Source of the DNA: a virus
Direction: 5' to 3' (one strand)
Virus record (IMG/VR): IMGVR_UViG_3300031519_006853
Coordinates: 32,001 to 96,000 of that record
DNA: 64,000 bases
The number at the start of each line of letters is the position of its first letter. The first letter of the stretch is position 1. Both the position numbers and the translations under genes were made by a program. Positions 9,913-19,295 of this stretch are shown here, in pieces. The notes beneath the pieces were generated by a model that was given only the letters and a program-made list of their open reading frames with translations, searched no databases and was not told the DNA's origin.

Positions 9913-9940
9913 TAAACTAACCTTTACTTTAGCTATATAA
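9913..9940 (+). promoter_or_regulatory. Putative middle promoter (TAAAC-N16-TATATAA)
   Basis: AAAC-N15/16-NNTATAA motif (mostly (T/C)ATATAA) recurs at about ten intergenic sites. Confidence 0.55.
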
Positions 9941-9973
9941 TATTTATAACAGTTAAAGTTAAAATAGAATAGT

Positions 9974-10777
9974 ATGAAGAAAAATATAGTTTGGTTTGAT
10001 TTAGAAACCACAGGAATCAGCACAACAGCTGACCGCATAATTGAGATCTGTATGATTAAAACAGATTTTGATGGTAATGAGATTGAAACTTACAATCAAT
10101 TAGTAAATCCAGGAAATGTAGAAATGAGAGCCGAGGCTGAAGAAAAGCACGGCATATCTTTAGAGATGCTAAAGGATAAACCAACCTTTGAAATGATAGC
10201 ATCTGAAATCAATGACTTTATTGGTGATAGTGACTTAGGAGGGTATAATGCCTTATTCTTTGATGTTCCTTTCTTATGTGAGGAATTCATGAGATGTGGT
10301 ATTGTATTTAACCATAGAGGTAGAGCTGTAATGGATCCATTCCTTATATACAGTAACTATGAAAAAAGAGATCTAACAAATACTTATAAAAAATTTACAG
10401 GTAAAGATTTAGAAGGTGCACATAGGGCTGAGGCTGATGTCAGAGCTACAATGGAAATATTTCAAAAACAAAGAGAAGTATATGATATGCCACAAACTGC
10501 CGAAGAAATTGATAAGGTAGTAAATACTCGTAGAGCTGATCAGGTTGATTTAGGAGGTAAGTTAAAATTTGATGAAATTAATGGAAAGAGAACAATCGTA
10601 TTTAATTTTGGAAAGAATAAAGGCAAACCGTTCAAAGAAGTTGTTGAAATGGATGGTAGGTATATTGATTGGATTATTGATAAAGGTGAATTCTCCACAG
10701 AGTTAAAAGTCATATGTAGAAAACTCGTAGCAAAGTTTAAAGCAGATGAAAATAAAAATATAGAAATGCCATACTAA
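9974..10777 (+). CDS. DEDDh 3'-5' exonuclease (DNA polymerase III epsilon-like)
   Basis: FDLETTG, YNALFFDVPFL and AHRAEADVRAT (ExoI-III), plus a C-terminal FNFGKNKGK extension typical of Bacteroidota DnaQ-like proteins. Confidence 0.9.
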   Translation: MKKNIVWFDLETTGISTTADRIIEICMIKTDFDGNEIETYNQLVNPGNVEMRAEAEEKHGISLEMLKDKPTFEMIASEINDFIGDSDLGGYNALFFDVPFLCEEFMRCGIVFNHRGRAVMDPFLIYSNYEKRDLTNTYKKFTGKDLEGAHRAEADVRATMEIFQKQREVYDMPQTAEEIDKVVNTRRADQVDLGGKLKFDEINGKRTIVFNFGKNKGKPFKEVVEMDGRYIDWIIDKGEFSTELKVICRKLVAKFKADENKNIEMPY

Positions 10778-10779
10778 TC

Positions 10780-10810
10780 TTTCAGAAAGAGAGAAAGTTT
10801 GTTATTATTA
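10780..10810 (+). promoter_or_regulatory. Putative early promoter (TTTCAG-N17-TATTATTA)
   Basis: TTTCAG-N17-TATATTTA recurs with identical spacing at 19296, 46440 and 56648. Confidence 0.6.
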
Positions 10811-10834
10811 TAATATACTAAACATAAAGATAAG

Positions 10835-11164
10835 ATGAATAGATTAGAAGATTCAAGTTTGGCCGAAAACCTTACTTTCCATAACCATGATTTTGTAGCT
10901 GCACAAGAAGATATAGAAAAAGTATGCGGTATAGTAATGTACACTGATCTAGACCCTGAAGAGATAACCCAAAATGAATGGGAAATGCAAACTGAAGATG
11001 GTACACCTTTTACTATATATGACTTTAAAGAATATCGTGATTATGATAAGAAAGAAAAAATAACATGGCACATAGGATCAGGTAATAGATTTGGATCGAA
11101 GAAAGGTTATGAAGAATTAAAAAGAGCATTCCACCTACATCCAAAAGTTATGTATAATATATAA
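10835..11164 (+). CDS. Hypothetical phage protein
   Basis: Clean ORF after a promoter motif. EWEM.TEDG.PFTIYDFKE...WHIG pattern resembles small conserved phage proteins. Confidence 0.7.
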   Translation: MNRLEDSSLAENLTFHNHDFVAAQEDIEKVCGIVMYTDLDPEEITQNEWEMQTEDGTPFTIYDFKEYRDYDKKEKITWHIGSGNRFGSKKGYEELKRAFHLHPKVMYNI

Positions 11165-11183
11165 TAAAGTTCATTGAATTATT

Positions 11184-11525
11184 GGGGGTGAACGGTTTTT
11201 GACAATCTGATTGAAATAAAAACTACAGCACCGGGTGATGACCTACATCAATCTTAGCCGACAACGCTGAGTTAGCAATGGCTGCCTAAGTAGGTAAGTA
11301 ATGCTCATCATGTTATTAGTATGCTTGTAAATAACTAAGATGTAAAAGGAAGCAGATTGTGGTTTAGTAATGTACCCTAAACATTACAACCAATAGAGCC
11401 TTTATGATTTTGTGGCCATGGGATATCAAAATTTGATTTTGGAAGTTTAAAGAAACTTATCCTAAGCTGTAAGAAATGTTTTTATGAATACTTATTGGAC
11501 GTGGGTTCGAATCCCACCACCTCCA
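11184..11525 (+). ncRNA. ssrA: tmRNA (one-piece); tag peptide (A)ADNAELAMAA at 11257-11289
   Basis: 5' GGGGGTG pairs with 3' CACCTCC-A with a G3:U70 pair. GAC follows the D-loop-like region, the T-arm is GTGGG-TTCGAAT-CCCAC, and the internal ORF GCC GAC AAC GCT GAG TTA GCA ATG GCT GCC TAA ends in Ala-Ala. Confidence 0.93.
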
Positions 11526-11530
11526 CAAAT

Positions 11531-11604
11531 GGGGAATTAGCTCAGCTGGCTAGAGCGCCTGCCTTGCACGCAGGAGGTCATCGGTTCGACTCCGATATTC
11601 TCCA
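11531..11604 (+). tRNA. tRNA-Ala (TGC)
   Basis: Complete cloverleaf: GGGGAAT/ATTCTCC acceptor with G3:U70, CCTGC-CT-TGC-AC-GCAGG anticodon arm, TTCGACT T-loop. CCA is not encoded. Confidence 0.97.
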
Positions 11605-11635
11605 CAATAATAAAATAAAAATAGTTAAATAAGTA

Positions 11636-11782
11636 ATGACAACAAATCAAGAAACAAACAACGGGCAAACTCAGATTAATCAAACTAGGAACTCGTTTAA
11701 TGACAAAGTATCTAAGTATAGAATGCTAGGCTCTTCTAAAAAGGTACAATGGGATAACACAAGAAGAAACAGATCAATATGA
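11636..11782 (+). CDS. Small hypothetical protein (48 aa, MTTNQETNNG...), not in ORF track
   Basis: Read by hand. A-rich leader; stop overlaps next start (ATGA). Confidence 0.55.
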   Translation: MTTNQETNNGQTQINQTRNSFNDKVSKYRMLGSSKKVQWDNTRRNRSI

Positions 11783-11964
11783 CAAAGGATTATTCATACG
11801 TATTAAAAGTAATAAATAATAAAGATAATAACCGTTATCATTACCCTGCCCTTAAAAATTTAATATCTATTTGGAAAATTAAATGGAAGCATGAAAGCAA
11901 GGGAAGGTATTTTGATGTTTATTTACATTCTCTTAATACTACACTCAAAAGATCATTTCAGTAA
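11779..11964 (+). CDS. Small hypothetical protein
   Basis: Coupled ORF that fills the gap before topoisomerase. Confidence 0.55.
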   Translation: MTKDYSYVLKVINNKDNNRYHYPALKNLISIWKIKWKHESKGRYFDVYLHSLNTTLKRSFQ

Positions 11965-11989
11965 ACAAATAGATAAATTGACTATATAA
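11962..11989 (+). promoter_or_regulatory. Putative middle promoter (TAAAC-N16-TATATAA)
   Basis: Same bipartite motif, 10 nt before the topoisomerase ATG. Confidence 0.55.
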
Positions 11990-11999
11990 AAATAAAAAT

Positions 12000-13874
12000 A
12001 TGGCAGTAAACATTGAAAAGAAATATCAGAAACTAACAGATACTGAACATGTATTGTTAAGGCCTGGTATGTATGTTGGATCTATTAAGCCACATACTGA
12101 AGAAGTATTTTTACCAATGAAAGGTAAAGATCAATTTCAACTTACTGAAGTAACCTATAATCCAGGCTTCTTAAAACTCTTTGATGAAATTGTTTCCAAT
12201 TCAGTAGATGAACATAAAAGAAATGTTAAACTAAATAAAGTTAAAGTAGATATTGATATGGCTACTGGGCAAATATCAATTTGGGATAATGGAGGAATAC
12301 CTGTAAAGATTCATAAAGAGTATGATGAGTGGGTACCTGAAATGATATTTTCAAATCTAAAGGCTGGTAGTAATTTTGATGATACTGAGGATAGAGTTGT
12401 TGTTGGAACTAACGGTGTAGGTAGTACATTAACAAATATATTTAGTAAAGAATTTATAATTGAAACTTGTGATGGTAAAAAACAATTTGTTCAGACTTTT
12501 AAAAATAATATGTCTGAGCGAACTAAGGCTAAAATTACAAATAAGAAAACTGCATTTACAAAAATAACATATCTTACTGATTTTAAAAGGTTTGGTTTAA
12601 CAGGTATTAATAAGAATCATTATTTAATGATTACCAAAAGACTTATTGATATTGCTGCATGTAACCCAACCCTTAAAATATTCTTAAATGGTAAACCTAT
12701 TGCCTTTAGAACTTTTAAAGATTATGCAAGCCGTTATGTAACTCCAATATTTTATGATCAATCAGAGCATTGGAAAATTGGAATAGGACATTCAACAACT
12801 GGCTTTAAAGCAATATCATTTGTTAATTCTGTTGAAACTAAAGATGGTGGTACACACGTTAATAATATAGACTGGCAAATTACATCTTATCTTAGAGATA
12901 AAATTAAAAGAAAATATAGAGTAGATGTAAAACCTTCTGAATTAAGACAGCATTTATATCTGTTTATTAATTGTACTGTTATCAATCCAGCATTCTCTTC
13001 TCAAACAAAAGAAAAATTAATTACTGCGCCTAAAGATTTTGGAACTAGTCATGTTTTAAGTGAAAAAGTATTAAGACAAGTTTTAAATTCTGAAATCATA
13101 CAATCAGTATTAGATTGGATTGAGAGAAAGAAAGATGCTGATGAAAGAGCAAAGCTTAGAAAATTAAATAAAGGTTTAGATAAAACTAAAGTTCTTAAAT
13201 TAATTGATGCAAAGAAAAGAGGTGATAGAGGAAAATGTACACTTGCTATATTTGAAGGAGATTCTGCATCCTCTGCATTTAGAAGATACCGAGAACCTCA
13301 ATACCAAGGAGCATTTCCATTAAGAGGTAAATTTATAAATGTTAGAGAACTAACAGCTTCTAAGGTTGTACAAAATAAAGAGGTACAATCAATGATGGCT
13401 GCTATGGGTTTAAAGATCGGTCATGAACCTAAAGATCTAAGATATGGTAAAATACTTTTATATACCGATGCGGATGTAGACGGTAATTCTATTGCAGCAT
13501 TACTAATTAATTTCTTAGGTAAATATTGGCCAGAATTATTCAGTGAAGGGAGAGTACTAAAAGTAGAAACACCTCTTATGGTTGCAAAGAAAGGTAAAGA
13601 ATCTTTAAACTTTTATTCAGATGATGATTACCAAGAATGGGAATCTAAACAGAAAAATTTAAATTCCTGGTCAATTGAATATAAGAAAGGTTTAGCTGCT
13701 CTAGAGGATGCAGAATATAAAGAGATCATTAGAAGCCCGAGAACCTTTACACTTACTAAAGACAATGGATTTAACAATACATTAGATATATGGTTTTCTA
13801 AAGATTCTACACCGCGTAAAGGAAAGATACTTGGAGAGACTGTAATAATTAAAAACAACAAATCATTATTTTAA
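12000..13874 (+). CDS. DNA topoisomerase II large subunit (T4 gp39+gp60 fused, GyrB-like)
   Basis: EHVLLRPGMYVGS, EIVSNSVDE, GTNGVGS (GHKL), FEGDSA, PLRGK and YTDADVDG (TOPRIM), YKKGLAA. Confidence 0.96.
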   Translation: MAVNIEKKYQKLTDTEHVLLRPGMYVGSIKPHTEEVFLPMKGKDQFQLTEVTYNPGFLKLFDEIVSNSVDEHKRNVKLNKVKVDIDMATGQISIWDNGGIPVKIHKEYDEWVPEMIFSNLKAGSNFDDTEDRVVVGTNGVGSTLTNIFSKEFIIETCDGKKQFVQTFKNNMSERTKAKITNKKTAFTKITYLTDFKRFGLTGINKNHYLMITKRLIDIAACNPTLKIFLNGKPIAFRTFKDYASRYVTPIFYDQSEHWKIGIGHSTTGFKAISFVNSVETKDGGTHVNNIDWQITSYLRDKIKRKYRVDVKPSELRQHLYLFINCTVINPAFSSQTKEKLITAPKDFGTSHVLSEKVLRQVLNSEIIQSVLDWIERKKDADERAKLRKLNKGLDKTKVLKLIDAKKRGDRGKCTLAIFEGDSASSAFRRYREPQYQGAFPLRGKFINVRELTASKVVQNKEVQSMMAAMGLKIGHEPKDLRYGKILLYTDADVDGNSIAALLINFLGKYWPELFSEGRVLKVETPLMVAKKGKESLNFYSDDDYQEWESKQKNLNSWSIEYKKGLAALEDAEYKEIIRSPRTFTLTKDNGFNNTLDIWFSKDSTPRKGKILGETVIIKNNKSLF

Positions 13875-15224
13875 ATGAAAAACACTAGAACTGTAACATC
13901 TTTTTTTGATAAAGAATATTTAGATTATGCAAGATATGTTGTAGAAAACAGAGCTATACCAAGTTGCATTGATGGACTTAAACCAACACAGAGAAAGGTT
14001 GTTTATATTGCAAATAAAATATGGAAAACTGGTAATGAAAAACCTATGAAGTTATTTCAACTTGCAGGTAGAGTTGCAGCTGAGGCTTTTTATCATCATG
14101 GTAATACTTCATTGGAATCTTCAATGGTTGGAATGGCTCAAAAATTTAAAAATTCATTACCATTACTAGAAGGCGTTGGTCAATTCGGTTCTTTAAGAAG
14201 TCCTGCTGCAGGTGCACCTCGTTATATCAGTGCAAAGTTGCATCCTAATTTTAGATTACTTTATCAAGACTTTGATTTATTAGAAAATAAAATAGAAGAA
14301 GGTGAAAAAATAGAACCTGCATTTTTCTTACCTATTGTACCAACCGTTATATTAAATGGTACATCAGGTATTGCCGTTGGTTTTGCTACAAATATTTTAA
14401 ATAGAAATCCTAAAGATGTGGTTGATGCATGTATATCTACTCTTAATAATAAAAAGATGAAAGTATTAGCTCCGTGGATACAAGAATTCAAAGGAACTTT
14501 TACTAGAGATTTAGAAAATCCAAAAACATGGAAGATCAAAGGTCAGTATCAAATTATTAATACAACCACAGTAAAGATAACTGCAATACCTCCAAATTAC
14601 ACATATGAAAGGTATGAAGAAATATTAAATCTTTTACAAGAAAAAGGTATAATAACTTCTTATGATGATAATTCGTCTGAAACTATTGAGTACATATTAA
14701 AATTCAGAAGGTCTGTATTAAATAGCTTAGTAAGCAGTGAAGGTAAATTGGAAAGGGCTTTAAGATTAAATACTCAGGAAACTGAAAACCTAACAACATT
14801 AGATGAAAATGGTAAATTAAAGATTTTTGATAAAGCTGAAGATATTGTAAAGCATTTTGTAGGTGTAAGGTTAATGTGGTATCAAACAAGAAAAGATTAT
14901 TTAATTGATAAAACAGAAAAGCAGTTAGCATTAGTAACAAATAAAGCAAGATTCATTAAAGATATTATTGACGGTAAGTTAAAAATTAATAATATACCTA
15001 AAGAAAAAATTGTAACTTATTTAAAAACTAATTCATATGATACTGTTCATGGTTCATATGATTATCTTTTATCAATGGCAATTCATTCTTTAACAAAAGA
15101 AAGATATGAAAAATTGTTATTAGAAAAAGAAGGGTGTATTATTGCACTCAAAACATTAAAAGCAACTGATCCTAAAGAAATGTATTTAGGAGATCTTAAA
15201 AAATTAAAGTTATCAATTAAGTAA
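13875..15224 (+). CDS. DNA topoisomerase II medium subunit (gp52, GyrA/ParC-like)
   Basis: RAIPSCIDGLKPTQRK, YHHGNTS, catalytic GAPRYI, GIAVGFAT. Confidence 0.96.
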   Translation: MKNTRTVTSFFDKEYLDYARYVVENRAIPSCIDGLKPTQRKVVYIANKIWKTGNEKPMKLFQLAGRVAAEAFYHHGNTSLESSMVGMAQKFKNSLPLLEGVGQFGSLRSPAAGAPRYISAKLHPNFRLLYQDFDLLENKIEEGEKIEPAFFLPIVPTVILNGTSGIAVGFATNILNRNPKDVVDACISTLNNKKMKVLAPWIQEFKGTFTRDLENPKTWKIKGQYQIINTTTVKITAIPPNYTYERYEEILNLLQEKGIITSYDDNSSETIEYILKFRRSVLNSLVSSEGKLERALRLNTQETENLTTLDENGKLKIFDKAEDIVKHFVGVRLMWYQTRKDYLIDKTEKQLALVTNKARFIKDIIDGKLKINNIPKEKIVTYLKTNSYDTVHGSYDYLLSMAIHSLTKERYEKLLLEKEGCIIALKTLKATDPKEMYLGDLKKLKLSIK

Positions 15225-15248
15225 ACTTTTTTTAAAAATAACATATAA
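15222..15248 (+). promoter_or_regulatory. Putative middle promoter (TAAAC-N15-CATATAA)
   Basis: Recurring bipartite motif. Confidence 0.5.
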
Positions 15249-15265
15249 TAATAAATCACAATACT

Positions 15266-15412
15266 ATGAAAAAATTTCAATTTTGTATTAAAGATGACTG
15301 CCGAACTGCATGTGAAGCTATAAGCGAGAATATGGCATGGCAATGGCTTGCAAAAACAAAATCGTTATCAGTAGAAGTAGTAAAGAAACTTTATTATATA
15401 AAAACTAAATAA
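15266..15412 (+). CDS. Small hypothetical protein (48 aa, MKKFQFCIKDDC...), not in ORF track
   Basis: Read by hand; sits between the promoter motif and the KTSC gene with a 2-nt gap. Confidence 0.5.
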   Translation: MKKFQFCIKDDCRTACEAISENMAWQWLAKTKSLSVEVVKKLYYIKTK

Positions 15413-15414
15413 TT

Positions 15415-15642
15415 ATGCTAAAAGAACAATCAACAACAGTAGAATCATCAATGATAAACAAATATGTTTATAACTTTGCAACTAAAACATTAAAGGTAGA
15501 ATTTAATAGCGGTGCATTATATGAATATAAAAATGTTGAATCAGAAATATATGATGAGTTGACAAAATCCGAATCTACCGGTAAATTCTTTAATGAGAAA
15601 ATTAAAAATAACTTTGAACATTCACAACTTTTAATAAACTAA
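15415..15642 (+). CDS. KTSC domain protein
   Basis: VESSMI...YNFATKTLKVEFNSGALYEYKNV...IYDEL..SESTGKFFNEKIK matches the KTSC pattern. Confidence 0.9.
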   Translation: MLKEQSTTVESSMINKYVYNFATKTLKVEFNSGALYEYKNVESEIYDELTKSESTGKFFNEKIKNNFEHSQLLIN

Positions 15643-15644
15643 AT

Positions 15645-15881
15645 ATGGCAAATACTAAAAATGTAATTTACGATGCGTTAAAATCGCAATTTGAAGCACA
15701 AAAACAAAAAGCTTTAGCAACATTAACAATTTATTTAACTAACCCAGTAGGCATTGGAGAACACCCTCAACATATTGATGAAATGATGGAAATGTCTAGA
15801 ACATTAGCAGAGGCAGAAGATGTTATTTCAACATTAGAAAGAACATTTGAATCTACCGAAGAATCTGCTCCGAATGAATAA
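15645..15881 (+). CDS. Conserved hypothetical phage protein
   Basis: IYLTNPVGIGEHPQ motif of a small helical phage family. Confidence 0.75.
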   Translation: MANTKNVIYDALKSQFEAQKQKALATLTIYLTNPVGIGEHPQHIDEMMEMSRTLAEAEDVISTLERTFESTEESAPNE

Positions 15882-16353
15882 AGTTATATTAATAGGAAAG
15901 GCTGCTGCTGGAAAAGATCATATGAGAAAGGTTTTAGAAGGTAGAGGTTTTACATACGGTACTTCTTATACAACCAGGCCTCCTAGGAAAGGTGAAATAG
16001 ATGGCCAAGATTATTATTTTATTTCTGAAAAAGATTTTAAAAAATTTGCAGACAATAATTATTGGTATGAGTATGTAGAATTTAATGGATGGTTTTATGG
16101 AACTAGTTATGATCAATTTATGAATACTTGTAATTTGTTTGTAATGACACCTAAGGGTGTAGAAGCAGTAAATCCTATTCATAGAAAAGATTGTACAATC
16201 ATTTATTTAGATATACCTTTAGAAGTTAGAACAAATCGTTTAAAAGAAAGAGGTGATCTTAATGATAAAATCCAAAGAAGAATAGACGCAGATGAAGTTG
16301 ACTTTAAAGATTTTAAAGATTATGATATTTTAATAAACAATTCTAACTTTTAA
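15874..16353 (+). CDS. gmk: Guanylate kinase-like
   Basis: ILIGKAAAGKD P-loop, SYTTRPPRKGEIDGQDYYF and NGWFYGT. Start moved to ATG 15874. Confidence 0.88.
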   Translation: MNKVILIGKAAAGKDHMRKVLEGRGFTYGTSYTTRPPRKGEIDGQDYYFISEKDFKKFADNNYWYEYVEFNGWFYGTSYDQFMNTCNLFVMTPKGVEAVNPIHRKDCTIIYLDIPLEVRTNRLKERGDLNDKIQRRIDADEVDFKDFKDYDILINNSNF

Positions 16354-16361
16354 TCATATAA
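16334..16361 (+). promoter_or_regulatory. Putative middle promoter (TAAAC-N16-CATATAA)
   Basis: Recurring motif before the dNMP kinase gene. Confidence 0.5.
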
Positions 16362-16371
16362 AAATAAAACA

Positions 16372-16983
16372 ATGAGTAAATTTATTATTATAGAAGGTAC
16401 CGATAATGTAGGTAAAGATACACAACAAGATTTAATTATTAAAAATATGAGTGAACATGTTTTTCATAAGTTACATTATTCATCATTACCGTTTAAAGAT
16501 GATAAAGAAAAGCATGCAACATATTCTAAAGAACTTTATGAAAGCATGTTTTTATTAATGATGAAATCCAAACTTGCTCATAAAAAAGGTGATGCAAATA
16601 TTAATCTTATATTTAATAGATCTCATTTAGGTGAAACTGTTTATTCTCCATTATATAGAGGTTACTCTGGTGATTATGTTTTTGATATTGAAAAGAAATT
16701 TACTAAAGCCTTAAGAGAAGATTTATATTTAATTACATTAACCAATGATCCACATACAATATTAAAAAGAGATGATGGTAAATCATTTTATGGTAATGAA
16801 GAAGAAGTTAAAGCTGAGGTTGATGGATTTAGGCGTGCTCATAGGTTAAGTACCATTAAAAATAAATTACATGTAGATGTAGGTACAATGAGTGCAATTG
16901 AAGTTTCTAATATTATTACAGATTTCTTAAATCATGAAAATACAGTAACAGGTGATAACAAACAATTAAACTTATTTGTGTAA
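16372..16983 (+). CDS. Thymidylate-kinase-like dNMP kinase
   Basis: FIIIEGTDNVGKDT P-loop and IFNRSHLGETVY (the DR/NR motif of the TMK fold). Confidence 0.8.
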   Translation: MSKFIIIEGTDNVGKDTQQDLIIKNMSEHVFHKLHYSSLPFKDDKEKHATYSKELYESMFLLMMKSKLAHKKGDANINLIFNRSHLGETVYSPLYRGYSGDYVFDIEKKFTKALREDLYLITLTNDPHTILKRDDGKSFYGNEEEVKAEVDGFRRAHRLSTIKNKLHVDVGTMSAIEVSNIITDFLNHENTVTGDNKQLNLFV

Positions 16984-17171
16984 TGTCAACAGCTGAAGAT
17001 ATACTTTACCAAGCCCATTATGAAGGGATTAAAGATTTAGTTTTTAAAGAATCTAAAAGATTAAGAACAGAAGATCCAAAGAAATGGAAATATGCAGAAT
17101 ACGTAGTTGTATTAGAAGAAGCTTATAGGATAGTCAAAGAACGAAACAAAAAAAATAATGAGAACATATAG
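16983..17171 (+). CDS. Small hypothetical protein
   Basis: Coupled ORF in the operon. Confidence 0.6.
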   Translation: MSTAEDILYQAHYEGIKDLVFKESKRLRTEDPKKWKYAEYVVVLEEAYRIVKERNKKNNENI

Positions 17172-18042
17172 AGGAGATACATTTGCAGATGTTTATGAAA
17201 AAGCATTAAGAGATACTTTAGACAATCCTGATTATACTTCTAAACCAAGAGGTATGGAAATTAAAGAAATATGCAATGCAGCCTTAGTTATAGATGATCC
17301 TTATTTTCCACTTTATGAAAATAAAAAAAGAAGTAGCCAATTTAAATATATTGCTGGTGAAACTGTATGGTATTTTACAGGAAGAAAGGATATTGATTTT
17401 ATAAGTAAGTATTCTAAATTTTGGAGTCAATTAGACAATGGTGATGGTACTGTAAACTCTGCTTATGGAAATCTTATATTTAAGGAATTACTTTCTGATG
17501 GTAGAAATCAATACCAATGGGCATTAGATTCTTTAATAGAAGATAAAGATTCAAGACAATCAATTATACACTTTAACAAACCTTCTCACCAATGGCAAGG
17601 TAATAAAGATTTTGTATGTACTCTTAATGGTGTATTTCAAATCAGAGATAACAGATTAAACTTTACTGTTGATATGAGATCCAATGATTTAATATTAGGT
17701 ACAGCAACTGATGTGGCATTCTTTTGTTTATTACAACAACAAATGTTAAAGCATTTACAATTATATTATCCTAATCTTAAAATGGGTTCGTATACTCATA
17801 TAGTTCATTCATTACATATTTATGAAAGACATTTTGAATTAGTAAAAGAAATGTTAAGCAATGAATTTACTCACATGTCATACCCACCTTTAAATAGAAA
17901 CTTAATTACAGCAAAGGGCCATCCTACTGATGAAATGAATTTATTAGAATTAGAAATTTTAGAAGAAGGTCCTGTTGCTTTATTTAAAGATCCATTATTT
18001 AAATGGTTATCTGATTATAGCTTTCAACTAACTGATATATAA
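17158..18042 (+). CDS. Thymidylate synthase homologue of dCMP hydroxymethylase type (T4 gp42-like)
   Basis: Catalytic DFVCT, MRSNDLILGTATDV (Asp at the position of ThyA Asn177) and HSLHIYERHF. Confidence 0.78.
   Translation: MRTYRGDTFADVYEKALRDTLDNPDYTSKPRGMEIKEICNAALVIDDPYFPLYENKKRSSQFKYIAGETVWYFTGRKDIDFISKYSKFWSQLDNGDGTVNSAYGNLIFKELLSDGRNQYQWALDSLIEDKDSRQSIIHFNKPSHQWQGNKDFVCTLNGVFQIRDNRLNFTVDMRSNDLILGTATDVAFFCLLQQQMLKHLQLYYPNLKMGSYTHIVHSLHIYERHFELVKEMLSNEFTHMSYPPLNRNLITAKGHPTDEMNLLELEILEEGPVALFKDPLFKWLSDYSFQLTDI
18034..18042 (+). promoter_or_regulatory. Putative late promoter (GATATATAA)
   Basis: Same motif as before the sheath gene; precedes a capsid-leader ORF embedded among replication genes. 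Confidence 0.5.
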
Positions 18043-18057
18043 TAAAATTACTTATAA

Positions 18058-19275
18058 GTGTTGAAATATCTAAAACTTTTTGAACAGTTCCTACACCTAA
18101 CAGAAAAGAAACCTGCCGGTGCTCCTGAATTCTATCACTCTGATGCACCTGATGCTGAAGGCAGATTCAAAGATCTTTCTATAAAAGATTTAGCTGCATG
18201 GTTAATTAAAACCAGAAAAAAGGATGTTAAAAAGATTAGCGGTTCTTTAACACAGCAGGTAGTTTTTAATAGAAAAAGCGATCCAAAGTATGCTGAAAAG
18301 ATGGAGAAAACCAGAAAAGAAGTATATAAACAATTAGGTAGAGAAGATTTATTAAAGGAATCGGTTAATACTGAAGGCGGTTTAGGTAAAGTTTATTTAG
18401 CATTAAGAGAAGATAGCGGACAAAGATGGTGGACTTATAAAGGTTTTGCTGGAGATAATTTCTTTACTCAGATCCATGAAAATAACATGAATGATATTGA
18501 TATTAATCCTGACTACCCAGTTTTAACATATCACTCAGATACAGTTAATAAACTAATAAAGGCTGGTAAGATTAAAAAAGAAAATGTTTATAACCACCCA
18601 GACCATATATCAAAATCTGGATCTAAAGAAGAATTCCATAAACTGGTTGGAGAAGATGAAAATATACCGAAGACAGTATATTCTAAAAATGATGCATTAG
18701 AAAAATTAGAATTTCCTATTATTGCAAAACCTGCAGAAGGTCATAGCGGTAAAGGTATTCAAATTATTAATAAACCAGATTTAATGGAAGATGTAGATGA
18801 AAAGATCTTTGATACATTTTCAGAATATATTGATAAAGAAGAAGAACATAGATTTATAAACTTTAAAGGTAAGCCTATCTTTTGGATGGAAAGAACTCCA
18901 TTAAATGAAAAAGCTAAAACTGGTAAAGGTAGTGCTAAAAGTGAAATGGAATTTGGTTATGCAAAAAGGAGCTTAAGTGATTTACCTGAAGATTATAGAA
19001 AAGTCTTAGAAAGATTCTGTAAGATCTATGAAGATTTACCTTATATGTGTTTTGATGTAATGAAAGGTAAAAATGGAAAAGTATATATTATTGAATCAAA
19101 TGCACAACCTGGAGTACCTTTTGATTCAACTGTTGAGGCTTATAAACATATCTATGAAGATTTTTATAAGAAACCTCTTGATAAAGAAAGTTTAACTAAA
19201 CTAAATGAATACGCAAAAACTATGATTGAAAAGACCCTCAAAAAAGATGGTGGTAAAAGATTTTCAATTAAATAG
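18058..19275 (+). CDS. Putative head-packaged protein: capsid-targeting leader, small module and RimK-like ATP-grasp domain
   Basis: GTG/TTG start, KYLKLFEQFLHLTE leader, LLKESVNTE linker, then IPKTVY, FPIIAKPAEGHSGKGI, FDVMKG and IIESNAQPG ATP-grasp motifs. Confidence 0.75.
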   Translation: MLKYLKLFEQFLHLTEKKPAGAPEFYHSDAPDAEGRFKDLSIKDLAAWLIKTRKKDVKKISGSLTQQVVFNRKSDPKYAEKMEKTRKEVYKQLGREDLLKESVNTEGGLGKVYLALREDSGQRWWTYKGFAGDNFFTQIHENNMNDIDINPDYPVLTYHSDTVNKLIKAGKIKKENVYNHPDHISKSGSKEEFHKLVGEDENIPKTVYSKNDALEKLEFPIIAKPAEGHSGKGIQIINKPDLMEDVDEKIFDTFSEYIDKEEEHRFINFKGKPIFWMERTPLNEKAKTGKGSAKSEMEFGYAKRSLSDLPEDYRKVLERFCKIYEDLPYMCFDVMKGKNGKVYIIESNAQPGVPFDSTVEAYKHIYEDFYKKPLDKESLTKLNEYAKTMIEKTLKKDGGKRFSIK

Positions 19276-19295
19276 TAAAAAAGTTACTAAAAACT

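Noticed and set aside
12000-13874. Ribosomal hop or intron as in T4 gene 60
   Set aside because: The gp39+gp60 equivalent is one continuous ORF.
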